64,000 nt of DNA from Candidatus Eiseniibacteriota bacterium (GCA_963792585.1 CAWBWI010000006.1:288001-352000); one strand, 5' to 3'. Positions 10,451 through 21,172 are shown, counted from the stretch's first letter. Notes: generated by a model from the letters alone, not told the origin. Program-made: numbers and translations.

Positions 10451-12343
10451 TCATTTGGCGGTTCCCACGGCCAGAACCACGCGATTGGCGCCCTCCTCGA
10501 GCATCCGGAGCATCACTGCCCGGTGGGACGGATACTCCTCGGCGGTGACCACCCCTTCCTTCGTTGAGAACCGGCGGTGGAACACCCAGGCCTCTTCATC
10601 CCGTTCCCATGAAGCCTCGAACTCCGCGCCGGGGCCGCGAAACGTTCCCGTTCCCGGGGAAACGATCGGCCGCATCCCGGGAGGAAGCTCGAGCCGGAGC
10701 GTCACATCCTCAGTGACTCCGGGGTTCACGATCAACGGCATGCGCCGGGAATCACGCGTGTAGGAAACGCCTGCGGGAATCACCGCGCCGGGCATCCCCG
10801 GCGCCGATGGGATCGTGATCCCCTTGCGACCCTCCCCGAGCGATTCCCCAATCCCCTTGCCCGTGAACGAAAGGACGACGGAAAGCACCAGGGGTCCCGT
10901 TTCGACGACGCGGTAACCGGCAAGCTCCCCGTCCCTCGCATAGGCGGCCGCGAGGCCCTCCAGGAATCCTCTCAAGTCCTCGAGCCCGAGGCCGGCGACG
11001 AACGCGCCCCGCGCATCGATTGCCGCCTCGCCGTGCGCGGAGCCGTCCTCGGAGACCGCGATCCGCAGGGACAATCGACTCTCCCCGGCCTTCGCCTGCA
11101 CCGGGCGGAGATCGGAACCCACCGCCCCGCGGATCACGAGTTCGTTCGTCGCGGGCGCGGGGTCCATCCACATTGCCGCCGCCCCGTGGCCGACAGAGAG
11201 GACACCTGCCGCGGTCTCGAGACGAATGTCATCGAAGCACGCGAGCACGGGGGCCGGAGCGATCGATCGCCCGATCGGATGAAGGACGATCCTCGCCTCG
11301 ATCCCGAACGCATCGAGGGCCGCGAGGCCGAGCGCTGCCCGATCCAGGAGGTTTCCGCAGGAGGCCGAGAAGCTGCGCGACGCGGGACGAACGGGGAGGA
11401 GCCACGAAAGCGGCGCGTCTTCGGCCTCCATCGTGCGCTCTCCCACGAGCCCCGCGATACGACCGAGGCGCTCCGCGTCATCGAGGGGCGGACGGCCGCT
11501 GGGCAGGTTTCCCTCCGCCCAGGCCGCGATGGCCGAATCGGGCGCTGCCGCGCCCGAGAGGCGTTGGTGCACGAACGTGTTGAGTTGCTCCCAGGAAGCG
11601 GTCGAGTAGACCACAGTCGGAACCCGTTCCATCGCAGGCAGCCCGCCCTCATCGGGGCATGCCGGGACGGGTCCGTAGCGCCAGGGCTTCTCCATGGGCG
11701 CCCTGAACGGTTCGTCCGCCTCGAACGACGGGACGCGGGCCGCTACGAGTTGACCCTTGATCGCCTCGCCCTCCGGCGCCTCGATCCACAGATCCCCGGC
11801 GCGCACCGGATATGGCCCCCCGAGCTCCTCGACCCCTTCGAGCCAGGGCCGCCACGCGACGCGATCGACGAGCGTGTAGTCCAGTTCCGTCAGACAGCCG
11901 CGCTCGACCCCGACGTAACTGATGACCATCTCCTGCAACCCCACCCGATCGGGGCAGGATGCAACCCTCTCGGGCGTGACGCGGTTGAACGCGTGCGGCG
12001 CCGCCTTCACCTCCGTGCCATCGAGCATGAACGTTCTACAGATCTCGATCGAGAGTTCCTGCCGCGTCGTGTCGTAGGCGACCCGGGGATCTCCGCCGAG
12101 CGAGATCGCATGGTCGGTCATCAGGCGTTGGACCAGCCGGACCCGCCGCGTCACCCGCCCGTCGGTCTCCATCCGCACGTGCACGCCCCGATACAGGATG
12201 ACCGCGTCCGCCGCGGGATGGTCGATCGACCCGACGTCGATCTTCCGCAGCTCCTCCGTCGGCGGCCCCAGACTCGCGGCGCGCGCGGCGCATGCGATCG
12301 ATGCAAGGAGCCCAACCACCAGCGCCACACCTATTCTCCGCAT
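10451..12343 (-). CDS. DUF3857-domain secreted protein with degenerate transglutaminase-like domain
   Basis: Start chosen at [15 protein letters not shown] (signal peptide), overlapping the upstream stop. DAVILY...[12 protein letters not shown]3857 pattern; the 981-aa ORF call is an over-extension. Confidence 0.75.
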   Translation of the reverse strand: MRRIGVALVVGLLASIACAARAASLGPPTEELRKIDVGSIDHPAADAVILYRGVHVRMETDGRVTRRVRLVQRLMTDHAISLGGDPRVAYDTTRQELSIEICRTFMLDGTEVKAAPHAFNRVTPERVASCPDRVGLQEMVISYVGVERGCLTELDYTLVDRVAWRPWLEGVEELGGPYPVRAGDLWIEAPEGEAIKGQLVAARVPSFEADEPFRAPMEKPWRYGPVPACPDEGGLPAMERVPTVVYSTASWEQLNTFVHQRLSGAAAPDSAIAAWAEGNLPSGRPPLDDAERLGRIAGLVGERTMEAEDAPLSWLLPVRPASRSFSASCGNLLDRAALGLAALDAFGIEARIVLHPIGRSIAPAPVLACFDDIRLETAAGVLSVGHGAAAMWMDPAPATNELVIRGAVGSDLRPVQAKAGESRLSLRIAVSEDGSAHGEAAIDARGAFVAGLGLEDLRGFLEGLAAAYARDGELAGYRVVETGPLVLSVVLSFTGKGIGESLGEGRKGITIPSAPGMPGAVIPAGVSYTRDSRRMPLIVNPGVTEDVTLRLELPPGMRPIVSPGTGTFRGPGAEFEASWERDEEAWVFHRRFSTKEGVVTAEEYPSHRAVMLRMLEEGANRVVLAVGTAK

Positions 12344-14334
12344 CACCGGCTCCTCCCCGCCCACATCATCCGACCGCCGAAAGCGCGGAGGGAATCCGTC
12401 GCCTCGACTCCACCGCCCCACTCCCCGGCCGGGATCGTTCGCTTCGCCAGGATCGCGGTCGCTTCCACCTCGAGCTTCCGCCCGTCGAGGAGGGCGCGAC
12501 CGCGAAAACTCGCCGCAGCGTTGGCAATGGAGACCGAGTCCGGCGCGTCCATCGCACGGAAGCCGGACGGGAAGAGGATCGATTCGCGTACGACCACTTC
12601 TTGGGAGAACCAGAGCAGGGCTTCGTGCCGTCGATCTCCCTCGGACTTCGTCATGGCGAGCATGCGGACCAGGCGCCCGTTCATGGCCGCCACGCGAAGC
12701 GCGGGCGGCACGATGCCGATCATGGAGTCGGAGGCCGCCGCATACCGAGGGACCCTGTAGGTCATTCGGATCCGGGCGTCGCGCGAGAAGTCGCGCGGCT
12801 CGACCAGATCGAAGGAGGTCACCTCGATCCCGGGTCCGAGGTCCGAGAGCAGGCCGGCGAGATAGAACTTCCGATCGTCGGCGGGCGCGTCGGCAAGTCC
12901 GCCGCGGATGCGCGCGTCGGAGGCCCCGACTCCGCGGAGGACCATCTCTCCCTCGATCGTCCCGTCGGCGGCGACGGCCACCCGGTCTTCGATCGTGAGC
13001 CGGTTCTCCTCGGGCGCGAAACTTCGCATCCGTGAGAGTCCCTCTCCGCGCGGGGAGCCGATCACGAAGTGCTGCTCGCCTTCGTAGTGGGACCAGGTCG
13101 CCCGGTCGAACGGCGCCCATGTCGGATCGAGCATGGTGAACGACCCGTCGGGACGTTCGACGGCGACGACGCAGTGATTGAATTGGTCCGCCGGGATCGC
13201 CTCGACGCGGGCGCCCGCGTCGGTCATGACGGGGTAGGTCGAGTAGCCCGCGGCGCGTAGCATCGTGACCAGCATCCCGGCGATGTCCTTGCATACCCCG
13301 CACCGTTCCTCGAAGGTCATCGTGCCGGGATGAAGCGTGTACCCTTCTCCCTTTCCCATCGAAAGGCCGGAGTAGCGGATTTCCTGCGCGACCCAATGGA
13401 GGAGCGCGGCCATCTTTTCGTCATCGCTCCTGAGTCCCGAAGTCAACTCCCGCACCTTGGCCCGGATCCCGTCATCGGCTTCGAAGACGGGATCATTGAC
13501 CTGGAAAAACCAGCGCGATTTCGCAGGCCAGTTCTCGACGGTGGCCAGGACGACCTTCGGCAGGACGTCGGTCTCGTCGGGCATCCTCGGCTCGCTCTTG
13601 ACGGCAGGGACGTCGCGCGCCTCCCACGTGTAGACGAGGGCGGAGTCGGCGAAGGTGAGCGAGGAGCGAAGGGCGCCGTTGTAGACCGCATACTGGACCG
13701 GCTTGTCTCGCGGGACGCGCAGTCGATAGAGCTTCTCCTTCAGGGGTAGCCCTTCCTGAAAAGTGACAACGTCGTAGAAATGGCCGCGCATCGGGGGGAC
13801 GTAACGTTCCTCATCGACGGGGGCATCGTCGAGATAGGCGATCTGGAACCCCTTCTTGTACGTCCGGGTCTCGACCGCATCGCCGACCCTCAATCTGGGC
13901 AACGAGAGAATTCGCATCCGGGCGCCCCAGTAGATCATGTCGGCCGGGGCGGGGAGATCGATCGCCTCCATCGGGTCGACCGACTCGATCCGTCCGTTCG
14001 CCCGAATTACGCGCACCCGATCGATCCGAATGAAATTGGACGCAGGGTCGTAATCGAAGCGTTGGGTCGCCTGCTGTCTCGCGCCGGCTTCGGTCAGGAT
14101 GCGCACGACACGGTCTCGGGTCACATGGCCGAGTCCGCTCGCTTCGACACGCACGTCCGTTCGGTCCGTGACGACCACTGCATCCGCTCCCTCCCATGCC
14201 GAAGAATCGCCGGCGGCTTGAATCAGCCGCACCAGCGAGTCGGCGGGAACGGATAGATTCGGGCCGCCCATCGCCGTTCCGGTGAACGCCGCGTGGAAAA
14301 GCAGGAAAACCGCTCCCAAGAGGAATCTCGTCAT
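12343..14334 (-). CDS. DUF3857 + transglutaminase-like domain secreted protein
   Basis: Signal peptide MTRFLLGAVFLL; Cys-His-Asp triad motifs GVCKD, FNHC and LDPT; WVAQEIRY. Confidence 0.88.
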   Translation of the reverse strand: MTRFLLGAVFLLFHAAFTGTAMGGPNLSVPADSLVRLIQAAGDSSAWEGADAVVVTDRTDVRVEASGLGHVTRDRVVRILTEAGARQQATQRFDYDPASNFIRIDRVRVIRANGRIESVDPMEAIDLPAPADMIYWGARMRILSLPRLRVGDAVETRTYKKGFQIAYLDDAPVDEERYVPPMRGHFYDVVTFQEGLPLKEKLYRLRVPRDKPVQYAVYNGALRSSLTFADSALVYTWEARDVPAVKSEPRMPDETDVLPKVVLATVENWPAKSRWFFQVNDPVFEADDGIRAKVRELTSGLRSDDEKMAALLHWVAQEIRYSGLSMGKGEGYTLHPGTMTFEERCGVCKDIAGMLVTMLRAAGYSTYPVMTDAGARVEAIPADQFNHCVVAVERPDGSFTMLDPTWAPFDRATWSHYEGEQHFVIGSPRGEGLSRMRSFAPEENRLTIEDRVAVAADGTIEGEMVLRGVGASDARIRGGLADAPADDRKFYLAGLLSDLGPGIEVTSFDLVEPRDFSRDARIRMTYRVPRYAAASDSMIGIVPPALRVAAMNGRLVRMLAMTKSEGDRRHEALLWFSQEVVVRESILFPSGFRAMDAPDSVSIANAAASFRGRALLDGRKLEVEATAILAKRTIPAGEWGGGVEATDSLRAFGGRMMWAGRSR

Positions 14335-14486
14335 GTCACCCCCACAAACCCTTGACGGTTCTACCACCTCGACCGCCGCGGCGCCAGCGGCCAACGAAGT
14401 CTGCGAACGAAGTCTCCCATCTGTCTATCGGCGTTCGGCGTCGAATCTGCTACCCTGGAGCGCGGATTGCCCAGTGGGAGGAGCAC

Positions 14487-15938
14487 ATGTTCGAACAAGA
14501 GCCGGAACCCCAGTCGAATCAGACAACCAATGAACCCGGCGAGGAGACGGCCCCCGCGTCCTCGGAATTCGCCGACGCGATGCGCGAGCGCCCTGCGATC
14601 CTGCCCATCCCCGATGTCGGACAGCGGGTGCACGCGACGATCCAGTCGATCGGCGAGGAGACAACGTTCCTCGACTACGGCGGGCGCAGCGAGGCGACGA
14701 TGGAGACCCGTCATCTGCGCGCCCCGGACGGCGCGATCCTCGCCCAGACCGGAGAGCGGATCGAGGCCTATGTCGTCGCCAACGAGGAAGCGGTCGTCCT
14801 GGCGCCCGCGATGGAGGTCCCCGCGGCCGAAGCGCTTTCGGTGCTCCGCGAAGCCCACGTAAACGGGCTGCCCGTCGCCGGCAAGGTGACCGGCATGAAT
14901 GCCGGCGGGCTCGAAGTCAATCTCGCCGGCAACCGGGCGTTCTGTCCCGTCTCCCAGGTCGACATCGGCTACTGCCCCGACGCTTCGGTTTTCGTAGGCA
15001 AGACCCTCGACTTCAAGCTCCTCGAGTTCGGCGAAATGGGACGCCGGATCGTCGTCTCGCGTCGCGCGCTCCTCATGCAGGAACGCGAAGCGGTGGCGGC
15101 GCGCCTGCGCAATGAACTCAAGGCCGGCGAGGAGCGCGATGGGACCGTCGCGCGGATGGAGTCATTCGGCGCGTTCATCGATCTTGGGGGCATCGACGGG
15201 CTCGTGCACGTCTCCGAGATCTCGCACGAGCGCCTCAACCAGCCGTCCGAGGCCCTGAAGGTCGGCGACAAGGTGCGCGTGAGGATCCTCGAGATCGGCA
15301 AGGATGCAAAGGGCCGGGACCGGATATCGCTGTCGATCAAGGCGGCCCTCGAGGATCCCTGGATCCGCGCCGCCGAGGAGATCCACGAGGGGCAGACCTT
15401 CACGGGACGCGTGATGCGCAAGACCGAGTTCGGCCTCTTCATCCGCCTCATCCCGGGCGTCGAGGGGCTCCTTCACGTCTCCGAGGTCGGTCCCCGCGGG
15501 AACGATTCCCTCAATGTCGGCCAGGAGATCGAGGTCCGCGTCCAGAAGATCGAGATGCGGCGCAAGCGGATCTCGCTCGCGCTGCGCGACCAGCGTCCGG
15601 CGACCGGTCCCCGGATCGGAGAGTCGTGCGAGGGCGTCATCCGCGCGCACAAGCCCTATGGCGTCTTCATCGATCTTCCCTCCTTCGGGCCGCGCGTCAG
15701 CGGCTTGCTCCCGCTGGAGGAAACCGGAATCTCGAGGGGCGGCGATCTGACCCGCCAGTACCCGGCGGGAGGCAAGCTCGAGGTCGTCGTTCAGCAAATC
15801 GACGAGAAGGGGAGGATCCGATTGGCGATCCCGACGGGAGCGTCGGGGTCCACCCAGCAGGGAGCGGCGCGCGGAACATCGAGCGCGATGGCGGACGCCC
15901 TGCGGCGGGCAATGGAATCGCAGCAGAAGCCGGAGTAG
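14487..15938 (+). CDS. 30S ribosomal protein S1-like multi-S1-domain RNA-binding protein
   Basis: Repeated S1 motifs (FGAFIDLGGIDGLVHVSEI, FGLFIRLIPGVEGLLHVSEV, YGVFIDL); GGAGGAG RBS before ATG 14487. Confidence 0.85.
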   Translation: MFEQEPEPQSNQTTNEPGEETAPASSEFADAMRERPAILPIPDVGQRVHATIQSIGEETTFLDYGGRSEATMETRHLRAPDGAILAQTGERIEAYVVANEEAVVLAPAMEVPAAEALSVLREAHVNGLPVAGKVTGMNAGGLEVNLAGNRAFCPVSQVDIGYCPDASVFVGKTLDFKLLEFGEMGRRIVVSRRALLMQEREAVAARLRNELKAGEERDGTVARMESFGAFIDLGGIDGLVHVSEISHERLNQPSEALKVGDKVRVRILEIGKDAKGRDRISLSIKAALEDPWIRAAEEIHEGQTFTGRVMRKTEFGLFIRLIPGVEGLLHVSEVGPRGNDSLNVGQEIEVRVQKIEMRRKRISLALRDQRPATGPRIGESCEGVIRAHKPYGVFIDLPSFGPRVSGLLPLEETGISRGGDLTRQYPAGGKLEVVVQQIDEKGRIRLAIPTGASGSTQQGAARGTSSAMADALRRAMESQQKPE

Positions 15939-15945
15939 GGACCGG

Positions 15946-16524
15946 CTAGCGGATCACGCGAGCGACCTGAAGCACGTTCACGTTCCACTCCCGCCCCTCC
16001 TCGAGGCTTGCGGGCAAATTGATCGTGATCGCTTCCTTCTCGCCGCGGCTGATGAGGGCGACCGACAGTCCTTGCTCCACCGCCATCTCCGAGCCCGTCA
16101 CGCTGAGGCAGTTCATGTCCCGAGTCCAGCGACTGATGGCGAGGATCCGACTTTCGTTGCCGGGCGCGACGTAGAGGATGTCGACATCGGGACAACCGGC
16201 GGGCAGCCGGAGGGAGTCCTCGGCGCGGGTGGGAATGCCGACGAGCTGGAGCCGATGGCCGCGGACCGAGAGGTCCTTGCGTTCGTCGAAGAGCGACTCC
16301 AGCGACCCGAAGCAGCGGAGCGAGACATCGTCTTCAGGGCGATAGAGGACCCCGATCGTGATCGTCGGTTGGGGCTTCCCCATCAGGTTGAACTCGTAGG
16401 TCAGCAGCTTCAGCAGAAGTTGAACCTGATAGGCGACCGGCAGGGGACTTGCCGCCGCTCCCGGCCCGAGCGGTCCGAGAAGCGCCAGAAAGGCGACCGC
16501 GAATCCTATCCACGTCTTGCGCAT
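15946..16524 (-). CDS. YfiR/HmsC (DUF4154)-like periplasmic protein
   Basis: Signal peptide; LLKLLTY, DILYV, LSVTG and INL.AS..EG..W....LQVARVI family pattern. Confidence 0.72.
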   Translation of the reverse strand: MRKTWIGFAVAFLALLGPLGPGAAASPLPVAYQVQLLLKLLTYEFNLMGKPQPTITIGVLYRPEDDVSLRCFGSLESLFDERKDLSVRGHRLQLVGIPTRAEDSLRLPAGCPDVDILYVAPGNESRILAISRWTRDMNCLSVTGSEMAVEQGLSVALISRGEKEAITINLPASLEEGREWNVNVLQVARVIR

Positions 16525-16652
16525 TGACCTTTTCAGTTGCCCGCTCCGGAGCCGTTTTCCACTCGACGAACACCCTTACCCTCCGCTATCTATCGGCAGA
16601 TGTTCCAACGACCTACGCAAAAAGTGGCCAGGCTCCCCCACCGGCCGGGGCA

Positions 16653-17249
16653 TCAGCGGATAATTCGGCAGAGATCGAGGAGATAGGCATTCCAGTCCCT
16701 TCCCTCCTCCCGACTGGCCTCGAGATTCAAGGTGATCCCCGGCTGGTCCCCGCGCAGGACGACCGCAACCGAAAGTCCCATTTCAACATAGACCGGAACG
16801 CCGGTCACGCTGAGGACATCCTCCTCGCGCGTCGTCGCGATGATGGAGCCAAGGTCCGCGTCGAACCCCGTGGTGACGTAGACCACATCGATGGAGGCCC
16901 GCCGCACGGCGGGTCCAACGGAGTTGGCGTCCGTGACCGGCAATGGAACAACGACCAGTCGGCGGTTGTGGATCGTGCGGTGCTCGTCGCGTTTCATCTC
17001 TCTGCGAAACTGCTCGAAGGTCCTTCTCGAATCCGGATCGCGCGGCAGGTAGAGAATACCCATCCGGATGGTCTGCCGGTGCAGGTTCATCAGGTTGTTC
17101 TCGTACGCCAGGAGCTTCATGATCAGGGGGACCTGACGGCCGACGGCGAGGTCGCCGTCCGCATCCTCCGCTCGCCCCGTGGGGGCGGCGAGCAACAGGA
17201 TCGCGGCCATGATCGTGGCCGGGAAGACGGCCGGCAGTCTTGGGCGCAT
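16653..17249 (-). CDS. YfiR/HmsC (DUF4154)-like periplasmic protein, paralog of 15946-16524
   Basis: Signal peptide; IMKLLAY, DVVYV, LSVTG and LNLEASREEGRDWN...LCRII. Confidence 0.72.
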   Translation of the reverse strand: MRPRLPAVFPATIMAAILLLAAPTGRAEDADGDLAVGRQVPLIMKLLAYENNLMNLHRQTIRMGILYLPRDPDSRRTFEQFRREMKRDEHRTIHNRRLVVVPLPVTDANSVGPAVRRASIDVVYVTTGFDADLGSIIATTREEDVLSVTGVPVYVEMGLSVAVVLRGDQPGITLNLEASREEGRDWNAYLLDLCRIIR

Positions 17250-17412
17250 GGCGACTCCTTGTGCGGCCTTCGTTGCCTTTGGATTCGCTTCTCCTCTATC
17301 GACAATTGCTTGAGCGATCCTTCGTGGCGAATCGGCCGTTGTGGGGGGTTTTCGAACGGTTGAGCGCGGCGAAGCACCGTGCTAACTTATTATCGAATAG
17401 GAGGTTCGAACG

Positions 17413-18564
17413 TTGGATCGACCGGACATCGACGACCGGGAGCGGCAACGGTACAGCCGCCAGATCATTCTTCCGGAAGTCGGCCTCGAAGGGCAGCGAC
17501 GCCTGAAGGCGGCGCGGGTGCTTTGCGTCGGCGCGGGGGGACTGGGATCGCCGCTCGCCCTGTATCTTGCCGCCGCGGGAATCGGCCGCCTCGGCCTGAT
17601 CGACTTCGACGTCGTGGACCTCACGAACATTCATCGCCAGGTGCTCTATGCGACGGCCGACGTCGGACGGCCGAAGATCGAGGCGGCGACCGCGAGGCTG
17701 CGCGCGCTCAATCCGGAGATCGAGGTCATCGGCCACGGAGAGCGATTGACCAGCGCGAACGTCCTGTCCATCTTCGAGGGCTACGACGTGATCGCCGACG
17801 GCGCGGACAATTTCGCGACGCGCTATCTGGTCAACGACGCGTGCGTTCTCACCGGAAAGCCGGACGTCTGCGCGAGCATCTTCCGATTCGAGGCCCAGCT
17901 GTCGGTCTTCGACGCCCTACGCGGCCCGTGCTATCGGTGCCTCTTCCCGGAACCGCCCCCCGCGGATCTCTCCCCCTCGTGCGCCGACGCCGGCGTCCTC
18001 GGCGTCCTTCCCGGGGTGGCCGGAACCCTACAGGCTCTGGAGGTCATGAAGAGGATCCTCGACGCGGGCGACCCGCTCATCGGTCGACTCCTCCTGATCG
18101 ACACCCTCGCCATGCGATTCCGAGAACTCTCCGTGCGCAAGGACCCCGCCTGCGCGGTCTGCGGCGAGCATCCAACCATCCGCACTCCCGAAGATCTTGA
18201 AGCCGCCTGCGGCGCCCCTGCGGCAGCGACCGGCTCGGATCTCGGGACGACCCAAGCGATCACCGTCGTCGAATTGCAGCGCCTTCTCGGGGAAGAGGCG
18301 GCGATCGAACTCATCGACGTTCGCGAACCCCACGAACACGCGATCGCGAGGATCGAAGGAGGGCGCCTGATCCCGCTCGCGACCCTGCCCCGCCGCATGG
18401 GCGATCTGGACCGCTCGAAGGTTCAGGTCGTCTATTGCCACACGGGCGTTCGGAGCGCGCACGCGGTTCAACTCATGCGGCGCGCCGGCCTGCGCGCAGT
18501 GAATCTCACCGGCGGAATCGACGCCTGGTCGACTCTCGTCGACCCCTCGGTGCCGCGCTATTAG
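17413..18564 (+). CDS. moeB: Molybdopterin-synthase adenylyltransferase MoeB/MoeZ (ThiF + rhodanese)
   Basis: RYSRQI, GAGGLGSP, PCYRCLF, C..C zinc site, catalytic SCADAG, C-terminal rhodanese YCHTGVRS; TTG start after AGGAGG. Confidence 0.93.
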   Translation: MDRPDIDDRERQRYSRQIILPEVGLEGQRRLKAARVLCVGAGGLGSPLALYLAAAGIGRLGLIDFDVVDLTNIHRQVLYATADVGRPKIEAATARLRALNPEIEVIGHGERLTSANVLSIFEGYDVIADGADNFATRYLVNDACVLTGKPDVCASIFRFEAQLSVFDALRGPCYRCLFPEPPPADLSPSCADAGVLGVLPGVAGTLQALEVMKRILDAGDPLIGRLLLIDTLAMRFRELSVRKDPACAVCGEHPTIRTPEDLEAACGAPAAATGSDLGTTQAITVVELQRLLGEEAAIELIDVREPHEHAIARIEGGRLIPLATLPRRMGDLDRSKVQVVYCHTGVRSAHAVQLMRRAGLRAVNLTGGIDAWSTLVDPSVPRY

Positions 18565-18704
18565 CCGCCCTCATGCGGGGCGGCCGTCGCGGCGCCCCCC
18601 GAAGACCGCGCCGGGACCGCCCCCAACACGCGTCTTGCGGCGGAGGCCCGCGCAGGGTTAGCCTCGCGGCGGTCTTGCCCGATGCGCGCGGGGACGGGGG
18701 GAAC

Positions 18705-19352
18705 ATGAGAATCGATGGTTGGATCCGCAAGCTGCTGCCTCGGACCGACAAGTTCCTGGACTTCTTCATCCTGGATGTGGACAACCTGACGGGAGCATGC
18801 CGCGCCCTCCGAGCGCTTCTCGAGGCAAAAGACGAGACGGAACGGCTGCGCCTCATCAAGGAGATCGAGGACTACGAACATCGGGGCGATGAGCTGACGC
18901 ACCAGATCTTCCACGAACTCTCGCTCACGTTCATCACGACCCTCGATCGGGAGGACATCGGCACACTGGCGAGCGCCATCGACGACATCGTCGACAACAT
19001 CGATCGGGCCGCGACCGCCATCCACCTTTACAAGATCCTCGAGTTCGACGATCCGGTTCGCGACCTCGCCGAGATCATCGAGAAGAGCGCGCTCGAGCTG
19101 AAGATCGCGATCCCGCTCCTGAAGGACCTGCGCGAGGTCGACCGGCTGCGGGAAGCCTGCGTGCGAATCAACGCCTACGAGAATCAGGCGGACCAGATCT
19201 TCCAGCGGGCCGTCGGCCGCCTCTTCCAGGAAGAGACCGACCCCATTCAGCTGATCAAGAAGAAGGAGATCCTGGCCACCCTCGAATCCGCGACCGACAT
19301 GTGCGAAGACGCGGCGGTTCTGATCGAGAACGTCCTCGTCAAGTTCGCCTGA
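18705..19352 (+). CDS. DUF47 / PhoU-like phosphate transport regulator
   Basis: EHRGD, TFITTLDREDI, ENQAD and LESATD.CED motifs; lies directly upstream of pit. Confidence 0.9.
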   Translation: MRIDGWIRKLLPRTDKFLDFFILDVDNLTGACRALRALLEAKDETERLRLIKEIEDYEHRGDELTHQIFHELSLTFITTLDREDIGTLASAIDDIVDNIDRAATAIHLYKILEFDDPVRDLAEIIEKSALELKIAIPLLKDLREVDRLREACVRINAYENQADQIFQRAVGRLFQEETDPIQLIKKKEILATLESATDMCEDAAVLIENVLVKFA

Positions 19353-19356
19353 GAAT

Positions 19357-20343
19357 ATGCTCGCATTCGTCATCGTCATCATCGGGATCGCGCTCATCTT
19401 CGACTACATCAACGGTTTCCACGACGCGGCAAACTCGATTGCCACGATCGTCTCCACGCGGGTCCTCACCCCGGGCAAGGCCGTCGTATGGGCGGCGTTC
19501 TTCAACTTCATCGCGGCGTTCGGCTTCGGTGTTCACGTCGCCAAGACCATGGGGAAGGGACTCGTCCATCTCGAGGCCGTCACGCCCGAGGTCATCCTCG
19601 CGGCGCTGATCGGCGCGATCGTCTGGGACCTGATCACCTGGTGGCTGGGGCTCCCGACCTCCAGCTCCCATGCGCTCATCGGCGGATACGCCGGGGCGGC
19701 CGCGGTCCATGGGGGTCTCGGGGCGATCATCTGGTCGGGATGGGCGAGGCCCGTCGCCTTCATCGTGATCGCCCCGATGATCGGGCTCTTCCTGGGTTTC
19801 TTCCTGATGCTCGCCGTGACGTGGATCTGCAAGAACAGCACACCCCGGAGGGTCGATCGCTGGTTCCGTCGATTACAGCTCGTCTCGGCGGGGCTCTACA
19901 GCCTGGGGCACGGCACGAACGACGCGCAGAAGACGATGGGAATCATCGCGGGCGTGCTCTATACGTCCGGATTGATGAAGGAATTCGCCATTCCGTTCTG
20001 GGTGGTTCTCGCATGCCATGCCGCGATTGCCCTCGGCACCCTCTCGGGCGGCTGGCGAATCGTGAAGACGATGGGGATGCGGATCACGCAGCTTCGTCCC
20101 GTCGACGGCTTCGCCGCGGAGACGGCGGGTGCGATGACGCTCCTGGGCACGGCGTTCCTCGGGATTCCCGTCTCGACGACCCACACGATCACCGGCGCGA
20201 TCGTCGGTGTGGGTTCGCTCAAGCGAGCCTCGGCGGTTCGTTGGGGCGTCGCCACCCGGATCGTTTGGGCGTGGGTGCTCACGATCCCCGCGTCGGCGGG
20301 CATCGCCGCGCTCGTGATGTTCGGAATCAAGCTGTTCCGATAG
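19357..20343 (+). CDS. pit: Inorganic phosphate transporter, PiT family
   Basis: NGFHDAANSIAT, PTSSSHALIGG, HGTNDAQKTMG and PVSTTH motifs. Confidence 0.95.
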   Translation: MLAFVIVIIGIALIFDYINGFHDAANSIATIVSTRVLTPGKAVVWAAFFNFIAAFGFGVHVAKTMGKGLVHLEAVTPEVILAALIGAIVWDLITWWLGLPTSSSHALIGGYAGAAAVHGGLGAIIWSGWARPVAFIVIAPMIGLFLGFFLMLAVTWICKNSTPRRVDRWFRRLQLVSAGLYSLGHGTNDAQKTMGIIAGVLYTSGLMKEFAIPFWVVLACHAAIALGTLSGGWRIVKTMGMRITQLRPVDGFAAETAGAMTLLGTAFLGIPVSTTHTITGAIVGVGSLKRASAVRWGVATRIVWAWVLTIPASAGIAALVMFGIKLFR

Positions 20344-20360
20344 GGGTCGAGCCCTCCGAG

Positions 20361-20672
20361 TTAGTCCCAGATGCCGAGGTAGGCTTTCGCGTCTTCCGAG
20401 CAGTGGACCTTCGGGTCCCAGCGCGGCTCCCATACGAGTTCGACCTTTGCTTCCTCCACACCGGGAGCACGTCGGGCCGCCATTTCAGTCGCGGCGAGCA
20501 TCTCCGGGCCCTCGGGGCACATCGGGCTCGTGAGGGTCATCTTCACGACGACCGACTTCTTCTCCTGATCCACCTCGATCGCGTACACGAGCCCGAGATC
20601 GAGGATGGAGAGATCGATCTCCGGGTCATGGACCGGCCGGATCGCTTCACGTACGTCATTCTCGGAGATCAT
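20361..20672 (-). CDS. sufT: SufT/DUF59 metal-sulfur cluster assembly factor
   Basis: VHDPEIDLSILDLGLVY, MTLTSPMCP and LVWEPRW motifs; ATG overlaps the sufU stop. Confidence 0.9.
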   Translation of the reverse strand: MISENDVREAIRPVHDPEIDLSILDLGLVYAIEVDQEKKSVVVKMTLTSPMCPEGPEMLAATEMAARRAPGVEEAKVELVWEPRWDPKVHCSEDAKAYLGIWD

Positions 20673-21172
20673 CGTGGTTTCTCCTCGCGCGGCTCTTCGG
20701 TCGATGTCGCCTTGGACGGAGCTTCCTGACCGTCTCCCCACGCGCGCAACGCCTCCTTGAGGGTCAGCCATGGCAGCAGGGCGCACTTCACCCGCACCGG
20801 AAACTTGGCCACGCCGTGCAGGGCTTCGAGATCACCTAGCTCCAGGTCGGCGGGCGGGTCCTCGCCATGGATCATCCGGCGGAAGACCTCGCTCAGCCGC
20901 TCGACCTGCTCGCGGGTCATCCCCGGCAGGATCTCGGCGAGCATGGAGCCGGAGGCCACGCTGATCGCGCAGCCGCGGCTCCTGATCTGGACGCTGCGCA
21001 CGCGTCCGTCGTCCATGTCGAGGGCGACGTGGACTTCGTCCCCGCAGACGGGATTGAAGCCGTCGTGCTGCACGTCGGGGCTGGGAAGCGCCTCCCGACC
21101 CCGGGGGCTCCGGTAGTGGTCGAGGACCACCTCCCGGTAGAGCGAATCCAGCTCAGCGAATGGCCTGTCCAA
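20669..21172 (-). CDS. sufU: SUF system sulfur-transfer protein SufU
   Basis: LYREVVLDHY, NPVCGDE, GCAISVASGS and RVKCALLPW motifs. Confidence 0.93.
   Translation of the reverse strand: MDRPFAELDSLYREVVLDHYRSPRGREALPSPDVQHDGFNPVCGDEVHVALDMDDGRVRSVQIRSRGCAISVASGSMLAEILPGMTREQVERLSEVFRRMIHGEDPPADLELGDLEALHGVAKFPVRVKCALLPWLTLKEALRAWGDGQEAPSKATSTEEPREEKPR

Noticed and set aside
10451..13396. 981-aa ORF
   Set aside because: The N-terminal ~350 aa is an Arg/Pro-rich off-frame read of the upstream gene; the credible start is 12343.
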